A DNA stretch of 56,093 nt, counting the filler, from Sphacelaria rigidula (lineage: Eukaryota), in NCBI GenBank assembly GCA_964200075.2. It is 4 parts of 4 records of this genome, joined end to end, with 100 filler letters (N's around TTAATTAATTAA, not from the genome) between each part and the next. Parts side by side here need not be neighbours in the genome. Positions count along the whole stretch, not along the records: positions 1 to 13,951 come from CAXNAA020002560.1; positions 14,052 to 27,999 come from CAXNAA020002561.1; 2 more parts are not named here. One strand, given 5' to 3'. The notes under the pieces were generated by a model. The model worked only from the letters and a program-made list of their open reading frames with translations. It was not told the origin of the DNA and did no database searches. Positions 12,792 to 24,294 of the stretch are shown here, one piece after another (the stretch's first letter is position 1; the number at the start of each line of letters is the position of its first letter). The translations under genes were made by a program, and so were the position numbers.

Positions 12792-13749
12792 TTTGGACTT
12801 CTGTCACTCAAGATCAGATTGACATGTGGACTCCTCCCACGACGGCCACATGGACTTCAGCAGCTTCACTTATTCATGAATCAACCCTCAGCACTGTGCA
12901 GGAGAACAGGACCATAGCCTCTCTGCACCAGAGTAGCAAGCCCGGCTCTACTCATCATGGAGGTCACCCATCACACAGTCCGGCAATCAGACCCGCAACT
13001 CAACGTACCTATGTCCCCAGCCTCAGGTAACAATGGTGACTAGAGTCTACAGCACCCCCAAAGCTCTCTACTACCAACAAGTAGTTACATCAGAGCTTGA
13101 CAAACTCAGACATCATTGGTGCCTGATGGTACCGTCGTTTCCCGCAAAGATCATCAATCTTTTCCGCTGCTGTCGACAACAGCTCCATACAAGCTAGCCC
13201 TACTTCCGAACAACTCGCAAGAGATCCCAAGAAAATATCGTCCATCATGAACATGCAATCACCCTACTTGCACCACTTCGAGTAACAAAGCGACAGTCAG
13301 CGCTAACTTCTCAAATCTTCGCCCAAAACAGGTCTCTTGATTCTTCATCGGCACAAAACCGGAAATGTCAGCAAACGTCAAATTCCAGAGCATTCGTGAC
13401 TCATCGTCCCTCTCATCCGAGACAAGGTGCTTCTCAACACACAAAATTCACTCTTTGTACGTTAAACACCTGCGTAACGGAGTGCAACGGCCAAATGATA
13501 GATCATCCTCACGCTAGAAGGAAATGAGCACCCAAAACGTCTAAAACGCACCTGGCCTCTTGCTTCTGCAACACCGTAAAATACGTATGTGCAATCGCAT
13601 GCCTCCCCGCCGTCAGAGCTTCAATGCTTCAACTTGCCATCATTTCGTCAAGACAATCAAAGGAAAGCCATGACTCGAACCGCTATTTAAGTCATGCATA
13701 ATAATCCAACGACGGCGAACAGACCTCGACCTCCGCCATCATTGATCAC
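12792..13749 (-). mobile_element. Second family-A element (3' LTR 12792-13051 plus internal 3' region) inserted in G1 gag
   Basis: Reverse complement of the A LTR, PPT and internal ~4790-5435; inserted in the CAG (poly-Q) tract. Confidence 0.85.
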
Positions 13750-13951
13750 TGTAGACCAAGTCACACGATTGTTACCTAAGAATAGGGGCATTGTAGGTGG
13801 AGTTGCGGGTCTGATTGCCGAACTCTGTGATGGTGACCTCCATGGCGAGTAGAGCCGGGCTTCCTACTCTGGTGGAGAGAGGCTATGGTCTTGTTCTCCT
13901 GTACTATGCTGCGGGTGAATACATAAATAACTAAAGCTGCTGAAGTCCATG
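13750..13951 (+). repeat. LTR family A, copy 4 (truncated by contig end)
   Basis: Starts TGTAGAC and aligns to LTR A; interrupts the preceding A element. Confidence 0.85.
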
Positions 13952-14051
13952 NNNNNNNNNNNNNNNNNNNNNNNNNNNNNNNNNNNNNNNNNNNNTTAAT
14001 TAATTAANNNNNNNNNNNNNNNNNNNNNNNNNNNNNNNNNNNNNNNNNNNN
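13952..14051. other. Artificial contig spacer
   Basis: N44-TTAATTAATTAA-N44, exactly 100 nt, stops in all six frames. Confidence 0.98.
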
Positions 14052-16861
14052 TGTCGAGGTTTGGGCTACGACCTTTGGGGGTGATGCAATGACCCAAGAA
14101 CTCAATCTTCGTGGCGCCAATGCGGGATTTGGAGGGTGCGAGTTTCAAGTTGTGTTGTTCAAACCGATTGAAGAATGATGCCAACTGTTCGACGTGTTCG
14201 ACCGGTGTAGAATCGTGGCACACCGCATCATCAAGGTACATATGGCATTTGGGCAATCCATCAGTTACACGGAACATTACACGTTGAAACGCACCTGGAG
14301 CTCCGGCGGCACCTTGTGGTGTAACCAACCATTCGTACAAACCTGATAGCGTGCAAAACGCCGTCAGTTCAATGGAATTTGGATCCATCACGAGCGGGTG
14401 GTAGCCAGACTGCATGTCAAAGTTCGAAAATACTTTACCCCCGTCAAGAGAGTCAATAACTTCATCAGTCCGTGGAAGTGGCAGCCGGGTGATTGTGGTG
14501 ACAGCGTTCAATCGTTGATATTTTGCCATTCTTCTTACGGACGACTACTAAAGGTGAGGCCCACGGAGACGTCGAGTGCCGAATCAAATCGGCAGATAAG
14601 TAACCATCGAGAATTACCTGGATTTTATCCGCTAAGAGGGGGTTCGTACGGTACGGGCGCATAGCGATAGGAGGAGTGCCATCAGGAATCTTGATCTCAA
14701 ACGGTGTCGTGGTACATCGACCTAAATCCAAGGGTGCAGTAGAAAACCGTTCAGAGTATCTACTCAAGATGGATCTCAATCTATCGATTACAGTGGGTGT
14801 CCAACCATCGCCAGATCTATCAAAAACAATATGCCGTAAGTGAGGGGAAATGTCATCCCACAAGTATTGAAAACTGGCGCGTTGTTTTGGAGAAAATCTA
14901 TCCAGTAATACGGTTAGGGGTTGAGGTTCAGGCGCATCCGGTGGATTTGTCACCACCATGGGTTCAGACATGTGTAGCGGAGGGGGGGCCGTGGATTTCG
15001 GGGGGTCGGTCGGCGAGTTGTTGTTCGCCGGGGGGCACACATCTGACAGGGCGGTTCGTATGGGAGGCGCTCGAGCATAACCCAACAACTGACCGTTGAG
15101 TATATCGAAACATGCAGGGGACGTGAGGTAAATGGCCTGCCTCCCTTCGTGGACAAAGACTTCGGTCTGTTCAAACGGACCAACCTGTGCTTGGTCAGGT
15201 TTGAACAACTCGACCAGATAATATCCTGTGAGGGCGAGCGATCCATTGCGTCTCACGAGGTTCACTTGTATTAGTTGGGGTTCACAAGAAAGCGAGGTTA
15301 CCGGTTCACTAACGTAGTACAGACGGAAAGCATTACCTGTTTTCGTGGGATCATCCTCATAAGCATGAGCTCCCGAATCAGTGTCGAAGTGACCCAGAGA
15401 CAAATTTCCTGCTACTGAACGGTTCGGGACAGGTGTGTCCGTCGTATACGTATGTGTGGAAAAACGAAGCCAACTATCTCGACCCAACAAAACATCAAAA
15501 GGCATGGGACCGTCGGGCACTATTAGTGCCCATACGGACAACCGAGGAGTGGGAGTAGTATCCTGGTAGAATTGTACACTTAGTCTCACCGATTGATTGA
15601 ACGTAAGAGATGTGGAGGAACCAAGCCCACCAAAAACACGAGGGTGCACGGTGGACAGACGGTGCTTGTCCGCCGCGCCCGCGTTGATCATCTGTTGCCA
15701 GCAGCTGGCTGTAGTGAACGTTTGGGGTGAACCAGAGTCTGGTAGTCCAAGAGCTATCAAATGACAGCTTGCACGCGCTCCACTATGTAAACCTATCTTG
15801 GTCGTAAAAGAAGCATTATCCAGAGTTGCAATACCACTGACGAGATAAGGCCCGCATTCGGGGATGACATGTAACCCATCCCGCTTCGCGTTTTGAACAA
15901 AGGTGCTAAAATACATCCGTTGATGATCCTGTGGGACAAGCTTTTGGTCGGAAGGATGGTGCGTGCATGGAGTGTCAGTGGTTGTGCCTGAAAAATTGGC
16001 CTCATCAGTCGAGGGTTGAATCTCATATACTGCAACGGAGGGGCGATGCCGGAGAAGGGCAGTTGTCGTGGTTGGACCCGACAACTGATCTGTGCGTGGT
16101 GTTTCACCCTTATTGGCCAACAGAGGGGGAGAATCGTCAGTGTGAAAAGCGGGATCAATTACATTATCCAGCTTGGTCGGAACAGGGGACGATTCATCGT
16201 GGCGCGGTGTTGAGTTTGATACGCCAATCAACTCAATATTACCATCACTAGATAGGGCCAACATGGGAGGTTTTGGAGACCATTCGTCAGGACGCGGGGT
16301 TGGTAAAGCGGGACTGTTCAACCCGGCGTCTATTAAAGGGGCCAACGTGGGTGAGTTAGGAGACGAGTCGTCTTGCGTAACACTTTGTTTCCCTGGTGAC
16401 GAACACACGATTGAAGTGCCTTCATGACTAGGATGCAAACGTCCATGAGTTGGCGAAGTTTCTGTCCCTACAGACGGCAACGCTTTATCGCAAAGGGGTT
16501 CTAATGTAGTGCACGCGGGGTGGTCAGGGAGCAGTAACGATCTCTTCCAAATCTGGGGAGTACCGGCCTGTTCCACTCTAAGGTTTTCATCTGTCTGAGC
16601 CCACACGCAATCTCCTGCGTGGAGTTCACATGCGCTTGCTACATCAGGATGATCTACATGATCATCTGGAGGAGCTCGCCTCTGGTGACGCGTGTAGCGC
16701 ACGAAAGGGTCGGCGGCTCCAGGAGCTATTGAAATGAGTTCTTGGACAGTCGAACCTAGGTCACGCCCTTGGTGCACCACCTGAGTCGCTGTCACTTGAG
16801 GTTTCATTCCAACCCGCTGAGCGACGGCAAGCATGGGTTCTTTGCGGTTGCGACCTTTCAA
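14052..16861 (-). pseudogene. pol N-terminal part: long linker, aspartic protease, RT (frameshift near 14530)
   Basis: ORF 14465..16861 (LGLPDSGSPQTF, VLLGRD, SPWASPLVVVRKK); ORF 13996..14529 (FDMQSGYH, PQGAAGAPGAFQ, YLDD). Confidence 0.9.
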
Positions 16862-17499
16862 GGAATAATTACACTCATCAAATAAAAGGGAACCGGGTAC
16901 CGTAGTTTTTGCGGAACTCGGTAGGGTGTTTAGCCGGGCACTTGAGCAGTTGGGGGGTGCTCGAGTGTGAGGCTTCGAATTCTGTGTTCTCCGATGAACG
17001 GTCGAAGCAGCAGTGTCTATCGTACCAGAAGGTATTTCGACTCCTGATGCGTGAGAAACTGCACTACAGGACTTCCTCTTCTTTGAAGGGAGGGGATTCG
17101 ATTGAATGTGCTCAGTACTTGATGAATGTAAAGCTGGGTGATCAAATCAAGGGTTCAAACGTTGGGGTTGGTCACTGCTCAATTGATAGCCATGCAACGG
17201 TGCACGGGCTTCGACTGCCTTGGAACCCTTCAAGGCAGTGTCAGCATATTCAGGGATCCCACACCATATGGTTGAACCCGCGGTTCCCACCGCGGATTCG
17301 TGCGTGTGATGTGTGTGACCTGGCCGAGCGAAAAAAATGGTTGACATCAAATTGTTGGATACTTCTGCAGTAAATTACCGGTCATTGTTCATTTCTAATT
17401 GTGAGATTGTACCAACCAATGAGAAATGAACTACACAAGTACAAAATACACAGGCAGGTGGCGGGGCTTAGGTTTTGGGCTAAGCCACGCGTCCTGGGT

Positions 17500-18596
17500 T
17501 ACCCCACTGTATGCTATTTGGATCTCCGCAACTTGTAGAACATTCCCAAAAGGTTGTCAAGTTGTGAGGTGAGCATCAGTGTTGTGTGGGTACCGCCCTG
17601 GCGGGGTTCAGCCGCGGCACTAGGCCCATTCATGTGTAAACGTCTACCGTTTTGTGAATGGGTCAGTGCATGTGGTTGAAAGTGTGCCAGGTCAGGTGGG
17701 TCAGGTGGTGAATCAGCTGTCGCCTTGGGGGCGGAGCAGACGACCGTACGAACGCAGTTGTGATTGCCAGACTTGCCAACATAGTCCAAAATGAAGAGAA
17801 GCTTCGAAGTGTCTTTTTGTCAACAGCTTATAGTCTTGCTCCGCAATTTCCAGATCCTTCGTGGATTTGCGTATCGCGCGTTCTAGTTCGTTTTGTTCTG
17901 TTGGCTTTTTGGGGGGTGGACATCTACATTATCGGAGGCCTGAGCGGGCTCCTGGACCCTTGTAGATACCTGTAGGCGGGCAAATTCCAACTCTCTGTGC
18001 TCAAGTTCCATGTGGTGTGCCAGTTCGTTACTGCGGATCTGATCTCAGCACGCTGTCTGTTCAGCCTCTGAAACGTTGTACCAATGGCGCGGGGGAATGA
18101 AGGCTGGACGTTTTTGCCGAAGCCGGTCGTGTGTTTCGTCATTCGTGGGCAGGTATTGTTCCAATGTGGGGGACGTATCAAAAGCCAGAGTGGGGCGATC
18201 AGAGTATTCAGCACCGGTTTGGGTGCGGAGGTTATCGCCAGGAAAGGTCTTCATAACATCAGGGCTCACGTGGAGAGATGCCATCTGAAAAGGAAGCGTG
18301 GGAATACTGTCAGCGTTTTGGGTGGCTGCTTGGTGTGTAGTGGTATGTTCACTGAGGTAGGAGTGAGCATGGTGAGAGCTACGGTCCATATCGAAATCTT
18401 CAGTCAGATCTCTGGAAATACGTCCTGTAAAAACGCTATCGTCGTCGTCGAAACAGTCTGGTTTGTTGTTGTCAACCGTCTGACTACGCATGGTTTGGTC
18501 TGACTTGTACGGTAGCTCACCATTGTCTGTAGGGATCGCACCGTTGTTCGTGACATCGTGCTCCGATGAAGTCGAAGGGCGGTTGATATCAGACAT
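17500..18596 (-). pseudogene. Putative disrupted gag-like/ORF1 region
   Basis: ORF 18045..18596 from ATG, with in-frame read-through into a coiled-coil-like stretch (ELAHHMELEHRELEFARLQ). Sits upstream of pol; no diagnostic gag motif seen. Confidence 0.35.
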
Positions 18597-21500
18597 TTCT
18601 TGTACACCTGCGCAATTTGCGCCAAACCGGTAACGTAGAGATGCAGAGGTCGAAAGGTGGAAGTTTCGAAGCGGACTTGAGCATCGTTGTTGAGGACTGA
18701 GGCAGCGTGAACAAAAATAAAAAGGAACAGAGTGGCAGAGTACTGTCGACAGTCGATCGACATGCAGTTCCGCGCACTCCGCACATGCATGAGGTCTACC
18801 ACGTTGTCAATCAGGTGCAGACAAGAGAGAAAAAATATGCACGTCGAAGGCACACAACAAACCGTAGGTGCGTGTGTGTTGGAATAAATTGTAACAGCAA
18901 AAGACAAGAAAACGAAGGTTGTCACAAGCAACAGACATACAGTGTCTGTCACCAGCGCAACAGCGCAGTAACAAACCTGCTTGCCAAGAAGGAAGAGACG
19001 TGTGGGATGCAGCGAACAGCAACGTCAAACGCTCAGTTCTATTTTGAGAACACGTTGAGGCTGGAAAAACAAAATACCTACCGGATGCCGTGTTTCCAGA
19101 GGCAATACCAGCGCAGCTGGCGATACTTATTACGGTACCGCGTAGTTCGCTGAAAATAGCCGAGTCGGGGGTCAGTGACGTATCCTCGTGCAGGTAAGCA
19201 GTCAAAAAATGTACAAGCGCAACCGTAATACAAGTATGTAGTGCAGTACAACAGCAGCGTACAAAGCACCAGACAGAAAAAATGCTGTGTGGCACAGTAC
19301 AGTACATATGGTCTTCGCGTGGGGCAGCGGGGTGGTCGGCAGTGCAGTACGATGTTATTTTGTTCGTATCACATGAAGAAAATCCGAAACAGCGCTATAC
19401 CCGCGTCGTGTTCATATCTACAATGCAATATAGATGACTTCGTTCAGATAGTGCAGCAGTACCCAACGTATGCTACAGCACGGTACCTCACCGTCCGCAA
19501 GATATTACCCGCTGAGGTCATTTGTGATCCAAACGGTGCTGTACTGTTGTCAGTACTGCAATTCGGAACAATATTTCAACGGGAAAGGCACGTGGCCTTC
19601 TGAACAATCAAGTATGTACTGTAATGTGTGTTGGTGGGGCGGCAATCAAACTGTAGTGTACCCTGGTGCCGTGTGAAAGTGAAAAGAGTACAGAGTCGAG
19701 AGCTTGTGCATAAGTAACACGAGCCTCGCACCTTGCCGTGTGCAATCATGTTCGTTTACATGCAACATCTTTGGTCCGAGTCCATCATGTCGCATCGATA
19801 TAATTCGGTGCACATGGTGGATCAACGTTCCGTGTTTGGACAAAAGGAGTCGTATGTACAGCGGGCGGTGATTGAAATAGCCCGCGAACTCCCCACCTGC
19901 AAGCCTGAGTCGGCGTGTGTTGGGACAAACTTCCTTTGTACTGCCAAATTTGCGCCATCGATCAAGCATCGATGAAAGTATCGGACACTTCGTTGGAATG
20001 TTCCGTGTTGGCGAAAATAATTCATTGCCTGTACAGCGGGTTGAATTTGATACAGCCTGCGCCCGCTCTGTCTAACAACAGAGACCGGTAGTGGGGCACA
20101 CATCGGTCGACTCGGTGTTTCCCGAGCCGAGGAGGAATGCGGAGGGGTGTTGGATCGAAGGGGAGAATAAAGCGTTGTGGCTAGAGCGAGCGGGTTGAAA
20201 CAAAAGTAACTCGAGCGGCACAGATGCCAGGGGCAGTTGTGTGGAGGGATAGAGGAACGGGTGTACAAGATGTATGTAGTTGACGACACTGTTATTTCTT
20301 CGAACCGGGTACAACGGCACGAAAGAGGGTCCATCCGTCCCAAGGTTTTGACATGCCCCGTCAAGCTGGTCTGTGGATGGGGACGTGGTTTGTTGTGCAG
20401 CAAAGGATAGTTCGCGGACACGGGCGCGCCTCAAACGCCTGAGCGTACGCTCATCAATGATCGAGGCGGAACTGAGTATTTTGCGAGACGTTGTTGGCCT
20501 GTGGGCAAACCAGATAAAATCTGGCAGTAGCACGTGGGCAGCTGTCGTGAAAAAAACAACCCCTCACACCCACACGTGTACAATTATCAAGTGAAATCAA
20601 GGACTGAAATTACAAAGGATTCAAAAGAACAGACGTGAGCTTGTGTTCGGCGGATGCGTGCGCAGCAGCCGACTAAAGAGAAACCGTACAGCTTGGGATA
20701 ACAAGCTACCTCTGAAGCCCCACAATGTGGCGGTATAGGCAATACCGCAAGCAGGAAAGCCGTATACGCCGAACGCAAGCAAGCCACACCCTTGTGAGGT
20801 GTCTGCCGGCGGTCCTGGATTGACTTGTTACACTCAAACTGTAGGTTTCTCTCGCACAAGGCACTCGTCAACAGCAGACAGCTGTAATTGAAAGTAAGCA
20901 CCGAGCTCTTTCGATACAAGGAAACACCAATTGACACCAAGGGGTTATGATACACGTTACTCACTTCTTGAGAACGGCTTGCCAGCCACGAAGATGAGAC
21001 GCCGCGTAGAGCAGATGAAAAGATGGTGGTCCTTCTTGTGATTAGTTCTACGGTAAGTCCTTCTCAGGCAGGTGAGACGCAAGTGAGCATCGTAGGCGAT
21101 GCGGCACACGATTACCTTCAAAAGCTTCTAGCTACGTATACAATTTTGTCATATAAATACCACTCAGCGTGGCGCACTGTACCTTAAGCCAATCAAAGCT
21201 GTAGTAGCAGCAGGTACACGCGGCTAATCGGGTAAAATCCTGTATCTACCTTCAAGCCGCTGTGTCAACAATAAAAAGGATCCATATCCTGCCTCATACT
21301 AACACACATTCGACTAGAATCTTTCCATACCCGCTGGTCGTTTCTAGGGACCGTCTGCATATCCACATGGAACTAGTTTTAATTCAGACACTCAGACATT
21401 CACCATCACATTAGCCCACCCTGGATCGTTCAAGTGCAGTCCCTATTTAGAAGGGACGAACTTGCATCGAGCCACACCTCTCCCACACCACAGAAAAACT

Positions 21501-21759
21501 GAGACTCCATTTGAAGATCGAGTCCTCTTCAGTACGGGGAACGGGAAGGGGTGATCGACACAAAAAAATCAAGAAAATACGAACACAATCACAAAGCAAA
21601 GAGAATAAAAAAAAATCGAACCGATGCAATGATTCGGTGTCCTCATGTTCCGTGAGTTCTTCAGACGGGGTCATGGGAAATAAAAATAAAAAGTAAAGAA
21701 ATAAGATCCAAAATCAACAATCAAAGCATATACCATAAAATGCAGTGTCTCCAGAATTG

Positions 21760-23894
21760 TCGTAAGCATTTCCGTGATAGACACAGGAAATTAGAGACCA
21801 ATCATTGAAACGATTATCCTACCCTCCCATAAATATATAATGAATAAATAGTTCCCTCTTTCCCGAATGTCCGATTTGTTTAAGGTTATTGGTAGAAAAA
21901 CAAGCAAGCCCGCCAAGGCATTATATCACTTCGACAACTAAGTTCATGCTAATCACTCGTCCCTGTCAATCAGCAAAGCAAACAAGATACAGCCGAGTTC
22001 GTCGCGGAAATGGTAGTTTCCCGCGAAAACCATACGTTGGTAAAAAAGAACAAGTAGAATGATACGGACATATCAATCCGTTTGACGTGAGTTAATTGTC
22101 GGTACATGTTTGTGAGAACAACGACCTGCTTGGGACATCTGGTTGATGATCCAGTCGTACAGCATTTCTTTTTTCACACGACGATACGAAAACAACTGAC
22201 CGGTGTGTGAGGTCAGGTGCCCGTACACGTCAAAAGAAACGTGCTGGGCAATGCACAACCTTCGGGCCTACTACGTAGTTCCGGGGCGGATTACCTATCA
22301 CATTTCTGAACCACGACAAATACACAGGACAGAGAGGACCAATGCAGCCCACTCCTCACAATATTTGCCCGTTCGGACTAAAACGAGACTCGCCCGAACA
22401 CAAACTGGAGTAAAACCCATAGCCGGTCGTAACGTCACGTTACTTCGTCCAATAATCCCTGCTAAAAACAAAACATCACCCACCAATTTCGGGGGCGGGT
22501 AATTGTACGCAAAAACTGGTGAAAGTTACAGAAAAACATAGCGAGTGGCGCACTCTGAGCCTGTAGGCTGTACCAACGGTCGAGTATCGACATGGCGGAA
22601 CGGACACTTCCGAAAGAGCGATCTACCTTATCATGATACGTGATGGTCCTGTATGAGGAGACATTCGCAACCGATCTTACTGCGACTTCAATAACAATTC
22701 TTCAACACCACTATGTACGACGCGGGCAGTGGTGGCCTCGTTGTAACTAATAAATCACCAAAGTATAAATCATCGCGTCGCATTACCCGTGACCCTCCTA
22801 TAAAGAAGGTCGGTCACATGCGGCAGGACTCGCAAAAAAAGTAGGCCAAGTGTTCTAGACTCGAGGGTCAGGAACGTTAAAACACTGGTGGCGAAATTCC
22901 CGACATAGACGCAGAAACCAAAACGAAAATAAATACAAAACCAGGGGCACGCTGGGCAACAGCGAAAACGAAAATCCGCAACATAAGGCAGAAAAACAAC
23001 ACGTGGCAACCGTCCTTGTAAACGGGAGCAGTTATCGTGTGTATGAAGCAAGCAGGGCCAACCATTTTAGCCAAGAAGGTCAAAACATTTCAAGCAATCC
23101 ATGTCAATATAAAATCAACGGGGTACGCACACAAAAAGTGGACACGTCATTACCGATCCTGCTGGATGAAGCGGTATGCGTGTACGGAGCGTTTGGGCAC
23201 GGGCGCAATTATCCCAGACGGGGAGATCAGGTATATGCAGCGCTTGCTCCTAAAACTCTGAACCGAAAAGACAAAAATAAAAAAATAAAATAAAAAACCG
23301 ACAACATATGACACAAAAAGGCACGTCATCAACGGTCCCGAAGAGGGAGGCGGCATTTGCGTGCGGAGCGATTGAACAAAAGCGCAAGTATTCCAGACGT
23401 GGGCGTCAGGTATGGCTAGCGCTTGCTCCGTTAATTCTTCCATCAAAACAAACAAATCAAAAATGAAGACCATGTAATAACAAAGCAAGACAAGGTGTGC
23501 GTACAAGAACACAAAATGAAGACATAAATAACTCGTGGCAACTGTTCCGGTGGACGGAATAGTTGTGAAGGTACGGCGCGGAGGACGGAGGTTCAAGGTT
23601 CCAGACTCGGGGTCAGGAATGGAACGGTCGTCACTTGTACTTCGCCAGATGAACCCAGAAGTACCCAAGAAAAGCATCCATTGAAAACAAAAAATCGAAG
23701 ACAGAGCACGAGGCGAAAAGAAAAGAAGACAAAAACAAAAAAAGACAAAGACAACAAGTCAAAACAATTGGTGCAAAGGGAAAAAAAATCGAGACACAAA
23801 ATCAAGGCCAAAGCAACAAAAAACATACACAAAAAAATACAAAATATGAAGACAAAAGACCGAATACAAAATACGAAACAGACACTTTCTACGA
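21760..23894 (-). repeat. Putative single ~2.1-kb LTR
   Basis: On minus: G9 PPT then CTA/TCGTAG at 23894. Ends TTACGA at 21760, followed 6 nt later by TGGAGACACTGC (PBS-like). No second copy to confirm boundaries. Confidence 0.5.
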
Positions 23895-23910
23895 TAGCCC
23901 CCCCCCAAAA
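23895..23910 (-). promoter_or_regulatory. Polypurine tract (G9)
   Basis: TTTTGGGGGGGGGCTA on minus, downstream of the integrase; the same context recurs at 55160-55185. Confidence 0.6.
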
Positions 23911-24294
23911 CCAGCTAAAAATGTCATTATAAAAATGACCATACAACGCCTACTGTTCGGGTTCAGGCTGCATGAAGCGCCTCATATTGGCGATGTTGGC
24001 TAGAACAAACCCCAAGTGTGTGAATTCCCAGCTTCTCGTTGTGCTCGGCTTTTCTCATTCGATATACGTGAAGATTTCGCCTCCCAAAACCGTGCACTTT
24101 TTTGGGGGGGGCTATCGTAGAAAGTGTCAACACGATATCAACCACTACCAGTACGGGGCTAATCAGTACGAAAACAAATAAAGGGGGGAAGGAGGGGGAA
24201 CACATGGTTTTCCAACGACGCTGTAATGCAAGACAAGCGACTCGAACGCGGTACACTACGCAAGGTGAATGGAGAAGCAGACTCGGATGCGGCA

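Noticed and set aside
23593-23946. Hydrophobic (env-like) or Lys-rich ORFs downstream of integrase
   Set aside because: Product of the T-rich/A-rich low-complexity start of the putative LTR; no envelope motifs.
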